Shown here: piece by piece, positions 22,087 through 35,466 of the stretch
Position numbering within the stretch: position 1 is the first letter of the stretch
How the letters are laid out: every line of letters begins with the position of its first letter
NCBI RefSeq assembly: GCF_006345805.1
Contig: NC_042999.1
Span: forward strand, 19,716,001-19,780,000
Reading direction: 5' to 3'
Source of the DNA: Octopus sinensis
Lineage: Eukaryota
DNA length: 64,000 bases
Translations under genes and position numbers: made by a program
The notes under the pieces: model-generated
The model's input: the letters and a program-made list of their open reading frames with translations, nothing else
Database searches by the model: none
What the model was told of the DNA's origin: nothing

Positions 22087-22399
22087 TGTATGTATGTATA
22101 AATGTCATCATCATCATCGTTTAAAGTCCACTTTCCATGCTAGCATGGGTTAGTCAATTTGACTGAGGACTGGCGAACCAGCTGGCTGCACCAGAGGCCA
22201 ATCTGATCTGGCGGAGTTTCTACAGCGGGATGCCCTTCCTAACGCCAACCACTTCAAGATTGTAGTGGGTGCTGTTATGTGCCACCGGCATGACATATAT
22301 ACATATATATATATATATGTGTGCATATACATATATATGTAATATATATATATACACATATATATTTTTGTATGTATATATATGTAAATATATATATAT

Positions 22400-22462
<63 letters not shown>

Positions 22463-22724
22463 ATATATATATGTGTGTGTGTGTGTATAATATTTGCTAC
22501 ATAAACACAAATGTCACAAACAACCACAATAAACTACCATGCACAAATTGTTGGCAAGCTGTAATTATATATTAATTAGATCGTATAGGAATCACTAATG
22601 CAGAATCGAAGTAAAGTAGTGAGATGATGTATTCAAGCCAATTCATTTCATTGTAATGTTGTGGAAAAGCTGGATATTTAAAAGCTATTTTAAATTCTTC
22701 ACTTTTGGAATCACTAATGGATCT

Positions 22725-22755
<31 letters not shown>

Positions 22756-23269
22756 GTGACAATTCCTTTTGCAGTTTAATATTTCCCAGATCTTACTAAC
22801 GGATCGGAAATGAGGTCAAAGCTGGAAACACATGTGAGAAATTATACACTAATTATGAGAAAGTAGGTCAATACTGATCAAACAGCTGGAGCAATGTGAA
22901 ACAAAGTGTCTTGCTCAAGAACTCAACACACAGCCCGGTCCGGGATTCGAGCTCACAACCTCATGATCGCAAGCTCGGCGCTCTGACCACTGAGCCATGC
23001 GCCTTCGCAGAATCCATTGACATGCATAGACTTAATGTAGTTCACAAGGAGATTCAGCATTACACAAAATGTGACAAGGCTGCCCCTTTGAATTACCGGT
23101 ACTGCTCATGTTTGCCAGTTGCTTTGATAGGAGCAATGTGAAATAAAGTGTATTGCCCAAGGACACAATGCACCAACGAGAACTGAATTCACATCCTTAT
23201 GATCGGAAACCAAACACCCAAGCCACTAAGCCACATGCCATCGTCAGTGCTTACCTAGGGTTAAACAAC

Positions 23270-23443
23270 AAATTAGCAAGTGTAGATGTGGTTGCTTACC
23301 AACCACATGGTTCTGGGTTCAGTCCCACTGCGTGGCATCTTGGGCAAGTGTCTTCTACTATAGCCTCGGTCCGACCAAAGTCTTGTGAGTGGATTTGGTA
23401 GACAGAAACTGAAAGAAGCCAATGATATACACATATATATATG

Positions 23444-23474
<31 letters not shown>

Positions 23475-23680
23475 GTACGTGTGTCTGTGTTTGTACCCCC
23501 AACATCACTTGACAACCGATGCTGGTGTGTTTGCGTCCCCGTAACTTAGCAGTTTGGCAAAAGATCCAATAGAATAAGTGCTAGGCTTACAAAGAATTAG
23601 TCCTGGGTTTGATTTGCTTGACTAAAGGCGATGCTCCAGCATGACCACAGTCAAATGACTGAAACAAGTAAAAGAGTAGA
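23270..23680 (+). mobile_element. Dominant octopus tRNA-derived SINE (head ggcgtaggagtggctgtgtgg, internal microsatellite, tail gtaaaaga repeats)
   Basis: Representative copy; others near 32880, 35490(-), 39470, 40380(-), 40750(-), 46600(-), 52990, 57370(-), 60295, 60470(-), 61310(-) and 63495. Confidence 0.85.
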
Positions 23681-24397
23681 TTTTGTAAGAGAATAGACAC
23701 TCTGTATTTCTTCTGTTTTTCTTTTACTTGCCTCAGTCAGCTGACTGCGGCCATGCTAGAGCACCACCTTTAGTCAAGCAAATTGACTCCAGAACTTATT
23801 CTTTGTAAGCTTAGTACTTATTATATCGGTCACTTTTTGCTGAATTGCTAAGTTACAGGAACACAAACACATCAACATTGGTTGTGAAGATATGGTGGGG
23901 GAAGACAAGCACAGGCACACAAACACACACATATATACATATATATATATATATTGTTATATTTCGGAATGGTCATATTGCCAGTTTAGCCAATAAAAAC
24001 ACACGCACTATATATTTGGTGTTATTTTGCTTCAGTGTTATTTATTTTTTACATTAATCTTAATCTTATTTCGGCCAGGGTTCTTTCGTCACACTCCTGT
24101 GACCGCATCAGTGGTCCTTTGTTTTCTTCTTTCTTATTTGTGTCTCTCCTTACTAACCGTCAGCCATTTTGTATTTCTATTATATGTTTTCATTTGCGCA
24201 TGCTTATATCTCTATGTTCGTCTATGTTTATTTAGTGTGTGTATGTGGGGGGATGCCTGTAATATTTGTATCTTCTGTTTATATACGTTCATGTAATTTG
24301 TATTTTGTTTTTGTTGTTGTTGTTTTTGTTTATTCTTATTTTGTTCATGTGTTTACATCCACTTATTATTATCATTACATATGCTTGTATGTATATA

Positions 24398-24443
<46 letters not shown>

Positions 24444-24814
24444 GCAGGGACCCCCTTCGGTCACGAATGACCATGTGATTGCACCTAGAATGTTACCATC
24501 CGAGGCACAAGTCAGGGCAAGGTTGCTTATGGAAACCAGCAGTCGCCCATACATACCAGTCTCCCCTCTCCACACCACCGATGTTATCCAAGGGAAAGGC
24601 AAAGGCTGATACAGCTTGGCACCAGTGACGTCACAACTCATTTCTACAGCTGAGTTAACTGGAGCAACGTGAAATAAAGTGTCTTGCTCAAGAACACAAC
24701 ACGCAGCCCGGTCGGGGATTCGAACTCACAACCTCACAGTGGTAAGTTCGCCGCTCTAACCACTGATCCACGTGCCTTCACACACACACACACACAGACA
24801 CACACACACACACG

Positions 24815-24870
<56 letters not shown>

Positions 24871-25984
24871 CGATGGTTTATTTCAGTTTCTGTTTACCAA
24901 ATCCACTCACAAGGCTTTGGTTGGCACGAAGCTATATTGGAAGACTCTTGCCCAAGGTGTCACAAAGTCGGACTGAACCCAGAACGATGTTGTTGGGAAG
25001 CAAGCACCTTACAACCTGAGATAAAGTTCTGTGTACAATCGCCATTTAAGTGTAGTAATATACACATGATTTATATAACAAAGAGAGAGAGAGACTTCAC
25101 TGATGGAAAATTTGTTTAAAAAAAAAGAGAAAGTAAAAACAAATAAGATTAGAAAAGAAAGAGGTTAGTTTATCAGTGTGAAAAATTTTGCCAAGAATAC
25201 TAAAATTTTCATAAATTTACTTATTATAATAATTATATTTTCTTTTCCCCCACTCCTTTATGCAAATATCTTAGTTCTGTCTTGAAGCTATTTTGTTGAA
25301 CCAGGCGGATAATTTTGTTTTGAATGACAATCTCTACATGAGCTGTGGCATTAATTGTACGGAAAATAAAAAAAAATATTGATGCACTGGTTATCACTGA
25401 TTTATGGGGAAATGCTTCTTAAAAGCTTGTTAAACATATGCATTAAGGAAAGTTTATCTCCTCTGATAAAATATTTACACGCAAACAAGTTTCAGAATAT
25501 TGGTTAATTTAACCATATTATACCTAATTGATACGGCAGAATATCTTTAGAGAAAAAGAGAAGTGGCTTGCTGGCTTTCTATATTAATGCATTCAAATCA
25601 TACCTTTTAACTTATTTTACTACTACAAACTAAAGCCAAACATTTTACCAAATTCTTCCTCTCTTCCTTCCTAGTGTGTCTCTACTTTTAAAACCTAAAT
25701 GAAGCACTTATCCTAATGTTTCCCCTGCCAGACAGGTTTGCTATTAGATTTCTTTCTCTCTCATCCTAGTATATATTTTTTCCCTTTAACCACTCACTTT
25801 TGGATGTACAAATTAGCATATCGACATGGCTAAAGCAATCACCCAGTCGTGGAGTGCTTGAAATGGTTAAAAGCACTTCTCCCAAGACTTGTTTATGTTT
25901 CTTTTAAACTATGACAGCTACAAATTGCAATTAATGATAATTTAGAATCAGTATTTAACATATTTCGAGGTAGTTCTGTCCCTG

Positions 25985-26252
25985 CGTCTGTGGAGACTCC
26001 GCGGCAAAATGTGCGTCCTGACACTCGGGATATGCATGCGGGATATCGGGGACCGCTTGTGAATTCAATATTCCCACGAAACTTCTCCAATGAATCCTTC
26101 TACTACGCAGATGCAACCGCGAATGGCTCGCTATCTCCAGTGTCCTCGCACAGGACCATCGAGCGTGGGCCGCCATGGTTCGTGATGCGGTCAGGACCAG
26201 AGAAGAAGCTGGCTCAACCCGCCCTGGGTGAACGCCGTCACAAGTACAAGTA
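25985..26252 (+). mobile_element. 3' end of an RTE-like LINE with (CAAGTA)n tail
   Basis: Reads ...LAQDHRAWAAMVRDAV...GSTRPG-stop, then tcacaagtacaagtac. Confidence 0.55.
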
Positions 26253-26303
26253 CTAGCAAGCTGGCACAGACACACTTCTACTCTTACCCATGTCTGAGTG
26301 AAA

Positions 26304-26704
26304 TCTCTCTCTATATAAACGGCAAAATGTCTGTGTGTGTGAGTGTGTGTGTGAGTGTGTGTGTGTGTGTGTGTGCATGTCCTTTATACAAATCCACAAT
26401 CTTTCAGCTAGAGGGCTCGCACTTTCTATGGTCATTCAAAACCGTCCAAGGGTGGACGTGCGCATCTTTACATTTCCCCAGTCAACCCGCAAAGCCATTT
26501 AAAAATCAATAGAAGTGACTTTTTGTGAATTTTCTATCCAAAACCCAATCAAAATGCCCGAAACTTGATGCACCAATTGAATGCCAGCTAGCTGTATGTG
26601 ATGGGTCGGAGATTTGGACAGCACTCGCGCGTATGTGTGCACGCACGCAGCTGTATATGCGTGCACTAGCACTGTGACCTAGCGTTGCCGGGTCATACTG
26701 CTAG
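26304..26704 (+). mobile_element. Non-autonomous Helitron
   Basis: A|TC start, 3' hairpin tgacctagcgttgccgggtca plus CTAG|T, no TSD. Confidence 0.8.
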
Positions 26705-27119
26705 TATTCATTATAAGACATTTATATGAATAAAGAACCAGAATTTTTGTATATTATCATTGTAGTAGGAATGGCAACAAATGGTCTTGTTTAGATTATA
26801 GAACCACAATATAAACAATATTCTTAGCTCTGCTGTATGGTGCTATAGTAACGAGACTATTCTCAATTCTTGAAGTAACCACATTAGCTCACTATTTGAA
26901 GAGACTGATGCTGTCAGGTTCTGTTCAAACACTTTCTGTGATTGTTCTGGGGACTTATAATTGATATTATGGTCAAACTGACATGAAATGGAAGCCTTTG
27001 GAAATCAAATGACAAACCAATTGGTTTTTGTGCTGGGAAAGAAACAACTGCCACCAGCAAAATTTTCCTATGGTTTTGTCCTCTAAGAAAAAAAAATAAA
27101 TGAAATTTTTGATGGAAAG

Positions 27120-27154
<35 letters not shown>

Positions 27155-29974
27155 GTTTAACGTCCGCTTTCCATGCTAGCATGAGTTGGACAATTTGACT
27201 GAGGCCTAGCAAACCAGATGGCTGCACCAGGCTCCAATCTTTGTCTGGCAGAGTTTCTACAGCTGGATGCCCTTCCTAAACGCCAACCACTCCGAGAGTG
27301 TAGTGGCTGCTTTTACGTGCCACCAGCACAAGAGCCAGTCAGGCGGTACTGGCAATGGCCACGCTCAGATGGTGCTTTTTATGTGCCACCTGTACAGGAG
27401 CCAGTCCAGCGGCACTGGCAACGACCTCGCTTCGAATGTTTTTCACGTGCCACCAGCACAGGTGTTAGTAAGGCAACACAGGTAACGATCATGCTCGAAT
27501 GGTGTTTTTTAATATGCCATCGGCACGGAGGCCAGATTGTTACTCTGGCAACGATCTCACTCATATGGTACTCTTATTAAGGTGGAGAGCTGGCAGAAAC
27601 GTTAGCATGCCGGACGAAATGCGTAGCCGTATTTCATCTGCCGTTACGTTCTGAGTTCAAATTCCGCCGAGGTTGATTTTGCCTTTCATTCTTTCGGGGT
27701 CGATAGATTAAGTACCAGTTACGCACTGGGGTCGACGTAATCAACTTAATCCGTTTGTCTGTCCTTGTTTGTCCTCTCTATATTTAGCCCCTTGTGGGTA
27801 GTAAAGAAATAGGTACTCTTAGCATTCCACTAACACGGGTGCCAGCCATCGAATTTGATTCCGATTTCGATTCCGATTCACTTGCCTCAACCTTAAACTT
27901 CTAAAACCTTTTGGAGGGAATAATTTACAGACAAAATAATCAATACCTCGAGTTTACCCAACAAATTGTGCATAGAGACCCCTACTTGTTCAAGACTGTT
28001 CAGAAATTTGGTTGGGTAATTTACAACACAGTCATATGAAGCAACAATGTCTGTTTATTTGTAGCATCTTTCTATGAAGTCTACTAACTTCATTTTGATT
28101 TCTCTCTCAGAAGCAAATTCTGAAACTAGTATTGCTCTTTCACAGAGCCATTGGGAATGATCCCATATCTGATGTTTGATCAGCATTTCACCTTATTTGT
28201 CATTCTTCTTTAGTTCAATATTCTCTTGCAGCAGCAACATAACTTTGTCTGTTTCAATCTAAATGCATTGCATTATTTGTCTACTTCTCATTCATCCCCC
28301 TTTGCCACAGCAGTTTACATACTATTAGCAGATACAGAAGTCAGTCAAGAGTCTTAACTTCCTTCAGATATCTGTGTTATCTTTCTTCTGCTTGCTAAAG
28401 AGGTCCTCCATAAATGTTTCAGAGCTATTAAAATTTGATATACGCATTGCAGTCTTTCCAAAATTGAATCTACTTTAACTCTTTCATTACCAACCCGGCT
28501 GAAACCAGCTCTGGGTCTGAGTACAATACAAGAACCCATAAAACAACAGGCAAATAGAAACAAAAAGAGACAACATGAAAAGCACAAACAAAAAGAAAAA
28601 TTATAGTGAGATAGAGCGCCCCAACTTGGAAGGAGTGCAAAACTGAAAGACAGTGTGAGAGATAGAAGTGGTAAGACATTATAATTTTGTAAAGACTGTA
28701 ACTGAAAGAAATGATTGTTTGAACTATTTAGAGAAAAAAAAGGGAAAAAGCAAGGTGAATTTTGATACTGTTAAATGAGCAAGTTTCCTAACGTTTTTTT
28801 TTAACACTGCGATAAACATTTGATTCTCCTTTAGTTTAAAACAAAGGAAAAGAAATAAGTAAGGACTGTATGAATATTGTTTTAAAAAGTTTATTACGGT
28901 AGGGTAAAAGCAAAGAGGAAAGTCGTGGTTTCGCCTCGGAGCAAGGCTAAAGGTTGTGTAAAAGTTAATGGTAAAGGAATATATAGTTTCATTGCACAGC
29001 GGGAGCAAGTTGGCCAGCTCATTTGCATTGTAAATATATTCATTTCACATTCATCCTTCAGATGTTTATGTTCCTGCATGTCTTTGTATGTCCCCTCTGT
29101 AATTAGGCCTTGTGCCTGTAATAAAGAATTAACCTCTAGCCAAACAATTATTCTGTGCTGAGGAAGGGAAACAACCCAGAAAATCGCAATACACAGATAT
29201 TGTTTTGAGCTGAGTGGGGGTGCTAGATTCCTTTGTTCAAAAATATAAGGACACAGATCGTGTCGTATAGCCAACTTGAGACAATGTCTTCTGGGGCTAA
29301 ATTACAGCAACATTAGTCCTAAACCAGGACTGCCATGTTATGTTGGCAAACAATCTTTACTACAGTAGGAATAAATAATCATTACATTTGACAAAATAAT
29401 CTCAATGCTAAAGGGTTAATATGATTCGCCATGTAAATCCCCCACAAGAACTTTCTCTGCCCCACTCACTTCTCTTATACCTTAACCCTCATCGAGTTTT
29501 GTAGGTTTGTGAGTTGCATGGTAACCTCACTAGAACCAATGGAATGAGAAACGCACCCAGTACACACTATCAAGTGGTTGGTGTTAGGATGGGCACCTGG
29601 CTGCAGAAACCATATCAAAGCATATTTAAGGTAGTAAGACGGCAGAAACGTTAGCACGCCAGGTGAAATGCTTAGCGGTATTTCGTCTGCCGCTACGTTC
29701 TGAGTTCAAATTCTGCTGAGGTTGACTTTGCCTTTCATCCTTTCGGGGTTGCTTAAATAAATACCAGTTACTGGGGTCGATATAATCGACTTAATCCGTT
29801 TGTCTGTCCTTGTTTGTCCCCTCTATGTTTCGCCCCTTGTGGGCAATAAAGAAATAAGAAAGAATAGAATATCAAAGCAAACATAGGAGTGAGTTGGAGT
29901 CCTTAGACCCACTGGATCTTCGTCAAACCATCCAGCCCATATAAGTGCTAGGAATATATAAAGTACTGTAAGTA

Positions 29975-30033
<59 letters not shown>

Positions 30034-30828
30034 AAAAATACATATGCAGGCTGATTTAAAAGTTCTTTTAATATTAAAATAAACCACCAAATAACCTGTT
30101 AGGGGCAGTTTCCTCGCCTTGGAACTGAGCTGAACAGATGACTTTTAGGTCGCACTTTTTTGTATCTTGCCTGAGTGAAGGAATGGTGCAGACCCTATAT
30201 AGGGTCCACTTAGCTGCACAGATCTATTGTAGTATATTGAATCTCTCGCACCACTTTATTTTTGTTGCTGACTACTAGAATTTGCTGTGTTGTGTATAAT
30301 TTCAAAGTAGAAACTTTCAGAACATTGAGACCTTTTCTTATGACCAGATTCACAAACATCACTAGTCTTTTTTTAATTATCTATGATTCACTTGCAATGA
30401 AGCTTTATAAGTCGTATTAGAACTATTCACACGATGTTATCGCTTTGATTAAATATTTACAGGAAAATTTCACTTCCAACTAATTGAGAAGAGAATATTT
30501 GTTTTTGTATGTACTGGGGGTAACCATAATCTCTCTGGTTGCATTTTTGCTTTTAACACGCTAAGAGCCCTCTTTCATTTTTTTTTTCACTTGTTTCTGA
30601 AATCAGACTGTGGCCATGCTGAAGCACTATCTAAAAGGGTTTTTAGTCAAACAAATTGATCTTAAAGCTAATTTTTTCAATCCTGGTACTTATTCTGATG
30701 GACTCTTTTGGTAAACCGTTAAGTCAGGGTAGAAATAAACAAAAACCACCAGTTGTCAAGTGGTGGAGGGGGGACAAACATAGACAGAAAGACATACACA
30801 AATAGATATATATATATACATGTATTTA

Positions 30829-30927
<99 letters not shown>
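30829..30927. repeat. (CTAT)n tetranucleotide microsatellite
   Basis: Direct read. Confidence 0.97.
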
Positions 30928-31699
30928 ATATCATCATCATCCTCATCGTTTAACATCCACTTTTCATACTAGCATGGGTTGGACGGTTTAACTGGGTCCC
31001 ATGCTGGTAGCACATATGAAGCACCATCCAAACGTGGTTGATACCAGTGCCCCCTGACTGGCTCCCATGCTGGTGGCATGTAATATATGAATTTTTCTGA
31101 CAGTTTTGGGGGAAAAAAATCGTTGGGGTATATATGTATAGGTATGATGCGGTTAACGCTCCGATTCGTTATTGTATAGCATTGCGCATGCGTTACTGGA
31201 GGTCCATAGTGAATAAGTATTTTCTTAAAAATTATAATCGTAGATATCATTCACCCACGGCAGTTGCTGGATATATTTTTAAGGTCAACTTTGAGGTACT
31301 CGGGAACACTTCTAGTCTTCATCACAATTTCAGCTCTCAACCAAATTGAATGCGGTGTCTTTTAGGAATGATGGTCCAGTCTTCAAATATGCTTTGAAGT
31401 CAGATAACTGAAAATTGATTCATTAAAAAAAGATTAGGTCAAAATATTTTAGGTAAAAAAATGGGAGAGTGAAGCAAAACTTCGAATTTCAATCAAAATA
31501 CCTCAGAAAATTATAGATTAACCAGATTTTAAAAACATGTACTTATTGAGAAGAATCTTTTGGTGAAAACATCGTTAAAAGAATTATGAAGGAGAAAAAG
31601 TTCTGTGGCTATAAGTGACGAAAACGATGGTAACCCCAAAACTGAATTTTAGTCAAAGCATCGCAGCTAATATTGAAGGAAATAATGCAACAGCTGCGT

Positions 31700-31910
31700 T
31701 CAAAGAAAGAGCTCTATGAGATGAATCTTATGGTGAAAGCCTCATCAAAAAATATTAGCTACAGAAAAGTGGAGTAGCTTTTCCAATCGAAGTTGGATGT
31801 AGAGTGTTTGTTGGACACAGTGTGAGACGATTATGGTTATCGTTAGGCCTAACTCATCGTAAAGTCAATACCACCATGACCGATATCCAAACTACAGTGG
31901 TAATTCCCGG
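31700..31910 (+). mobile_element. Remnant restriction-like endonuclease domain of an RLE non-LTR retrotransposon (HERO/NeSL-like)
   Basis: KY*...AFPIEVGCRVFVGHSVRRLWLSLG resembles the RLE motif K..KY...P.EVG.RG. Confidence 0.5.
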
Positions 31911-33325
31911 GAAAGCGGGCTTATCCCTTGGTGGTTCCGTTCTCATAATTGTTTCGCTAATCCAGTAACAACAATACAAAGTATGTAGCCCTTAAAAGGG
32001 TTTTTGTACATTTATTGAGAATACCGAACTGTCTTACAAAGGATCTTGTTTTTAGGAATTCCAAATAAGTTATGAATACCCAGATTGTGAAGTCAGTTAT
32101 GTAATGACATGAAATTAATAACCCGATAGGAAGAATTCAAATAAAGCAGCCCCGAAAAGGCCTTTAAGACGTTCCCAGAGTATATAGATTTTAGGAGGAA
32201 ATACTAAAAAGGTATGCATACTAAAATCGTGAAACATGTTATGTCATAATAGGCTAATTAGATATGAGATAATAACAATTGAAAGTAATTAACTGTGAAA
32301 AAAACTTTTGTGCGTTCCCAGAGAATATTACCCTCAGCAGCGCTCGTGTTGATATATTCGTGAATAAGTCACTAACCAAAATAAGTGGATCTATTGTTTA
32401 GGAAAACACTATTTACTTGTTTAAACGTTGTATTGGATAAATTGAGAAAATAACTAAAATAGTTCAAATATTAAGAAATAAGCATACTGAAAATGAATGG
32501 GTTATTTCCCTTGGAAGCTGAAAAATTTTACCCCACCATTCACTCACACCTAAATGTTATTCCTCCCACCCTTTACCCGAAGATTTTTTCGAAATCAATT
32601 TAGACTTAAAACCTCCCCAGACACATAAGCAATGTGCGTGTGAAGTTTAAGAAAGATGACTATTTTGAAAAAGATGATGCTAAAACTAAGGCAAATAAGT
32701 TATTTTTTTTATCAAACATATCTTGTTCGGGAACCTTTTGACCACCTCGTATGATACGCAAGGAAATCGTTTTAAACGTACAAAAGGCAACGTAATAAAT
32801 TACAAAATAATTATTAGGTTTCCGAGGTCACTATGCTTTCACTAAACAGAAAAGAGAAATTGAAGTAACAGTGAGAAACATAGGCGCAGGAGTGGCTGTG
32901 TGGTAAGTAGCTTGCCTACCAACCACATGGTTCCGGGTTCAGTCCCACTGCGTTGCACCTTGGGCAAGTGTCTTCTACTATAGCCTCGGGCCGACCAAAG
33001 CCTTGTGAGTGGATTTGGTAGACGGAAACTGAAAGAAGCCCGTCGTATATATGTATATATATATATATTATATATGTGTGTGTGTGTACGTGTATGTTTG
33101 TGTGTCTGTGTCTGTCCCCCTAGCATTGCTTGACAACCGATGCTGGTGTGTTTATGTCCCCGTCACTTAGCGGTTCGGCAAAAAAGGGACCAACAGAATA
33201 AGTACTGGGCTTACAAAAAATAAGTCCCGGGGTCGAGTTGCTCGACTAAAGGCGGTGCTCCAGCATGGCCGCAGTCAAATAACTGAAACAAGTAAAAGAG
33301 TAAAAGAGAGAGTAAATAACCCTAC

Positions 33326-33405
33326 CTTCAGGAATGGATTCTGAAACTCTGTTTACCAATATTTTGCGAATCCTCTCACCAAGTTTTGCAACTGGTCTTT
33401 TTTCC
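33326..33405 (-). CDS. Receptor gene exon 9 (juxtamembrane cytoplasmic: WEKRPVAKLGERIRKILVNRVSESIPE)
   Basis: ttcgttag|G...GAAG|gtagg; starts in phase 2, matching the end of the TM exon. Confidence 0.65.
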
Positions 33406-33569
33406 CTAACGAAATATAGAAACATTTCATTATTTACAAGTGATTCTATGATTCTATGATTGTCTGACAAAGACAAAAATGTTAAATATTATACAGTTAC
33501 AAGTAATAGTATTATTAATATTGATGCACCTCAAGTAAATTTATATTAATAAATTATAATAATTAAATA

Positions 33570-34030
33570 TTAAGTTAAGTTAATTTAATTTTTTTGGCTC
33601 AAAAAGTAAAAAGCAAGTCCATGTAGGGGGACATGGAGTTATGTACAGGGAGGGTGTTCATGCAAAGAGTTCAATCCATTTCTGGTTAAGAGAGACTTTG
33701 AACCGAGCGGTCGTCGGCATCTTCACTATCTCGTCCGGCAGCTTATTCCCCGGATCTGCAACCCGGACGGAGAAGGCCCCTCTCCTTCGATTGAGATGAA
33801 ATCATTGCAGATAGAGCTTTTAAGAGTGACCCCGCAGCCGACGCTCTGGAGCAGGAGTGAAGAACAGCTCATTCGAGAGGTTACACTTTCCGCTTATGAT
33901 GTTGTGAGCAAGAATGAGATCACCACGGTGTCGTCGTTTTTCTAGAGAATAAAGGTCGAGCGTCTTCAGCCTTTCTTCATAAGACAAATGCTTGAGACCA
34001 AGAACATTGCGGGTAGCCAGCTTCTGGACT
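33570..34030 (-). mobile_element. 3' end of a CR1-clade LINE
   Basis: LKRVQKLATR..LSYEERLKTLDLYSLEKRRHRGDLI...RLRGH; same family as the plus-strand copy at 51862. Confidence 0.9.
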
Positions 34031-34096
34031 CTTTTTAGCAAACAACAAAGTCTTCAATTTCATACGGCAAACGATATGTGTGACACACTGTTTATA

Positions 34097-34991
34097 TCAT
34101 GTCATCCCGTAAGTTCTGTCCGAATTTTGAATAAAGAAAACAAGTGATCAAATGTTATATTTAATTGAAATTTAATCATCAATGTACTTTCCTTGATCAT
34201 CTATGACTTCCTTCCATCTATTTACAAGTTTTTTTTTTATCCCATGAATGTAAAACTCTTTTGGTTTCAAAGCGAAGCACTCTGAAACGTCAGTTTCGAC
34301 CTCCTCCTGGGTTGCGAAAGTTATGTCCCCCAAATGATTCTGTAATCTACAAAACAAATGGTAGTCTGAAGGAGCAAGGTCGGGAGAATAAGGTGGATGA
34401 GGAATAAGGTGGAAGAGGATGTTTGAGTTTCATTCATGTATTTCCTGCTGGGCCGTTTTTGAATCATTCATCTTCAGCATCAGGTGTAACTTGGAGCTAA
34501 ACAACAGCAATAACAAGGATAATGTAGTTAGTCCGAGATACACTGGGTAAAACAGATGGAATGGTCACGACTGGAGCACCTTTCATAATGTATGTTTGTC
34601 CATCGGAAGAGTCATCCTTAAGGATTACTGATAACTTTGTGCGGTGGATAAGCGTTGTGGACCATCGATCTTTTTCTCTCATCCGAGGCCATCTTTAATC
34701 CAGTGGCAAGAGCGAGTCAAGACGTATAGGAACGAAAATGGATGCCATAGATGACCAAGATGTCTTAGCTGCCACATATTGCTTTCTGTACTCCACAATA
34801 TCTTGGCGCAGCCATCTTACCCTCTCTTTAACCACGAAGGTTTCTTCCGTTGAGTCCGTTAGATCCAGTTTTCACATGCATGGGTAGGCATGTCATACTA
34901 TGTTAAATTCCATTAGACATTCTAAAATGCAATTAAATTTCATTCAATCTTAAAAGAGGTAAAATCGGACAGAACTTATGAGATGACCTGA
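34097..34991 (-). mobile_element. Internally deleted mariner element
   Basis: About 30-bp TIRs (tcatgtcatcccgtaagttctgtccga / tcggacagaacttatgagatgacctga) flanked by TA; HPPYSPDLAPSDYH and LQNHL...FY..GI..L..RW remnants. Confidence 0.88.
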
Positions 34992-35081
34992 TAGTTTAAA
35001 GCTATCTTATTTATATTACGAAGCTTTCTGATTGAAATATTATTGCCAACACAATAATATTCTAATAAAATATATAAGATA

Positions 35082-35466
35082 TTAGCAGTATCGCCCGGCG
35101 TTGCTCAGGTTTGTAAGGGAAATAACTATAAAGCATTTTTAGAGAGTTATAGCCAAAAAATAGCAAAAAAATGGAAAAAAAATTAGGGTAAATTTTTTTT
35201 GAGAGTTAAAAAAGGTGGAGTTGCGTCCCCTAGACGGTCTGTGGTTTGGGTTTCTGATTCTCGACCCCATGTCGAATTTATCGATTTTTTTTCAGAACTG
35301 GGGGAACTTTTCAAAATTTTCGCCGCGTTAGTTTTGAATTATGACATTGGGCTATGTGTGTGTCAAGTTTCATCAGAATCGGTTGAAAGCCGTGGTCAGG
35401 GTGAGGGTACGAGAAAACAGACACACAGAAAACGCACAGACAAACTGCCGTTTATATAGAGAGAGA
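35082..35466 (-). mobile_element. Non-autonomous Helitron
   Basis: TCTCTCTCTATATAAAC start; 3' hairpin cctgagcaacgccgggcg plus CTAA|T. Confidence 0.75.

Noticed and set aside
30085-30240. U-run plus GACCCTATATAGGGTC hairpin as another snRNA
   Set aside because: No match to U1, U4, U5, U11, U12 or U7 motifs that I can recognise, and no snRNA-type upstream module.
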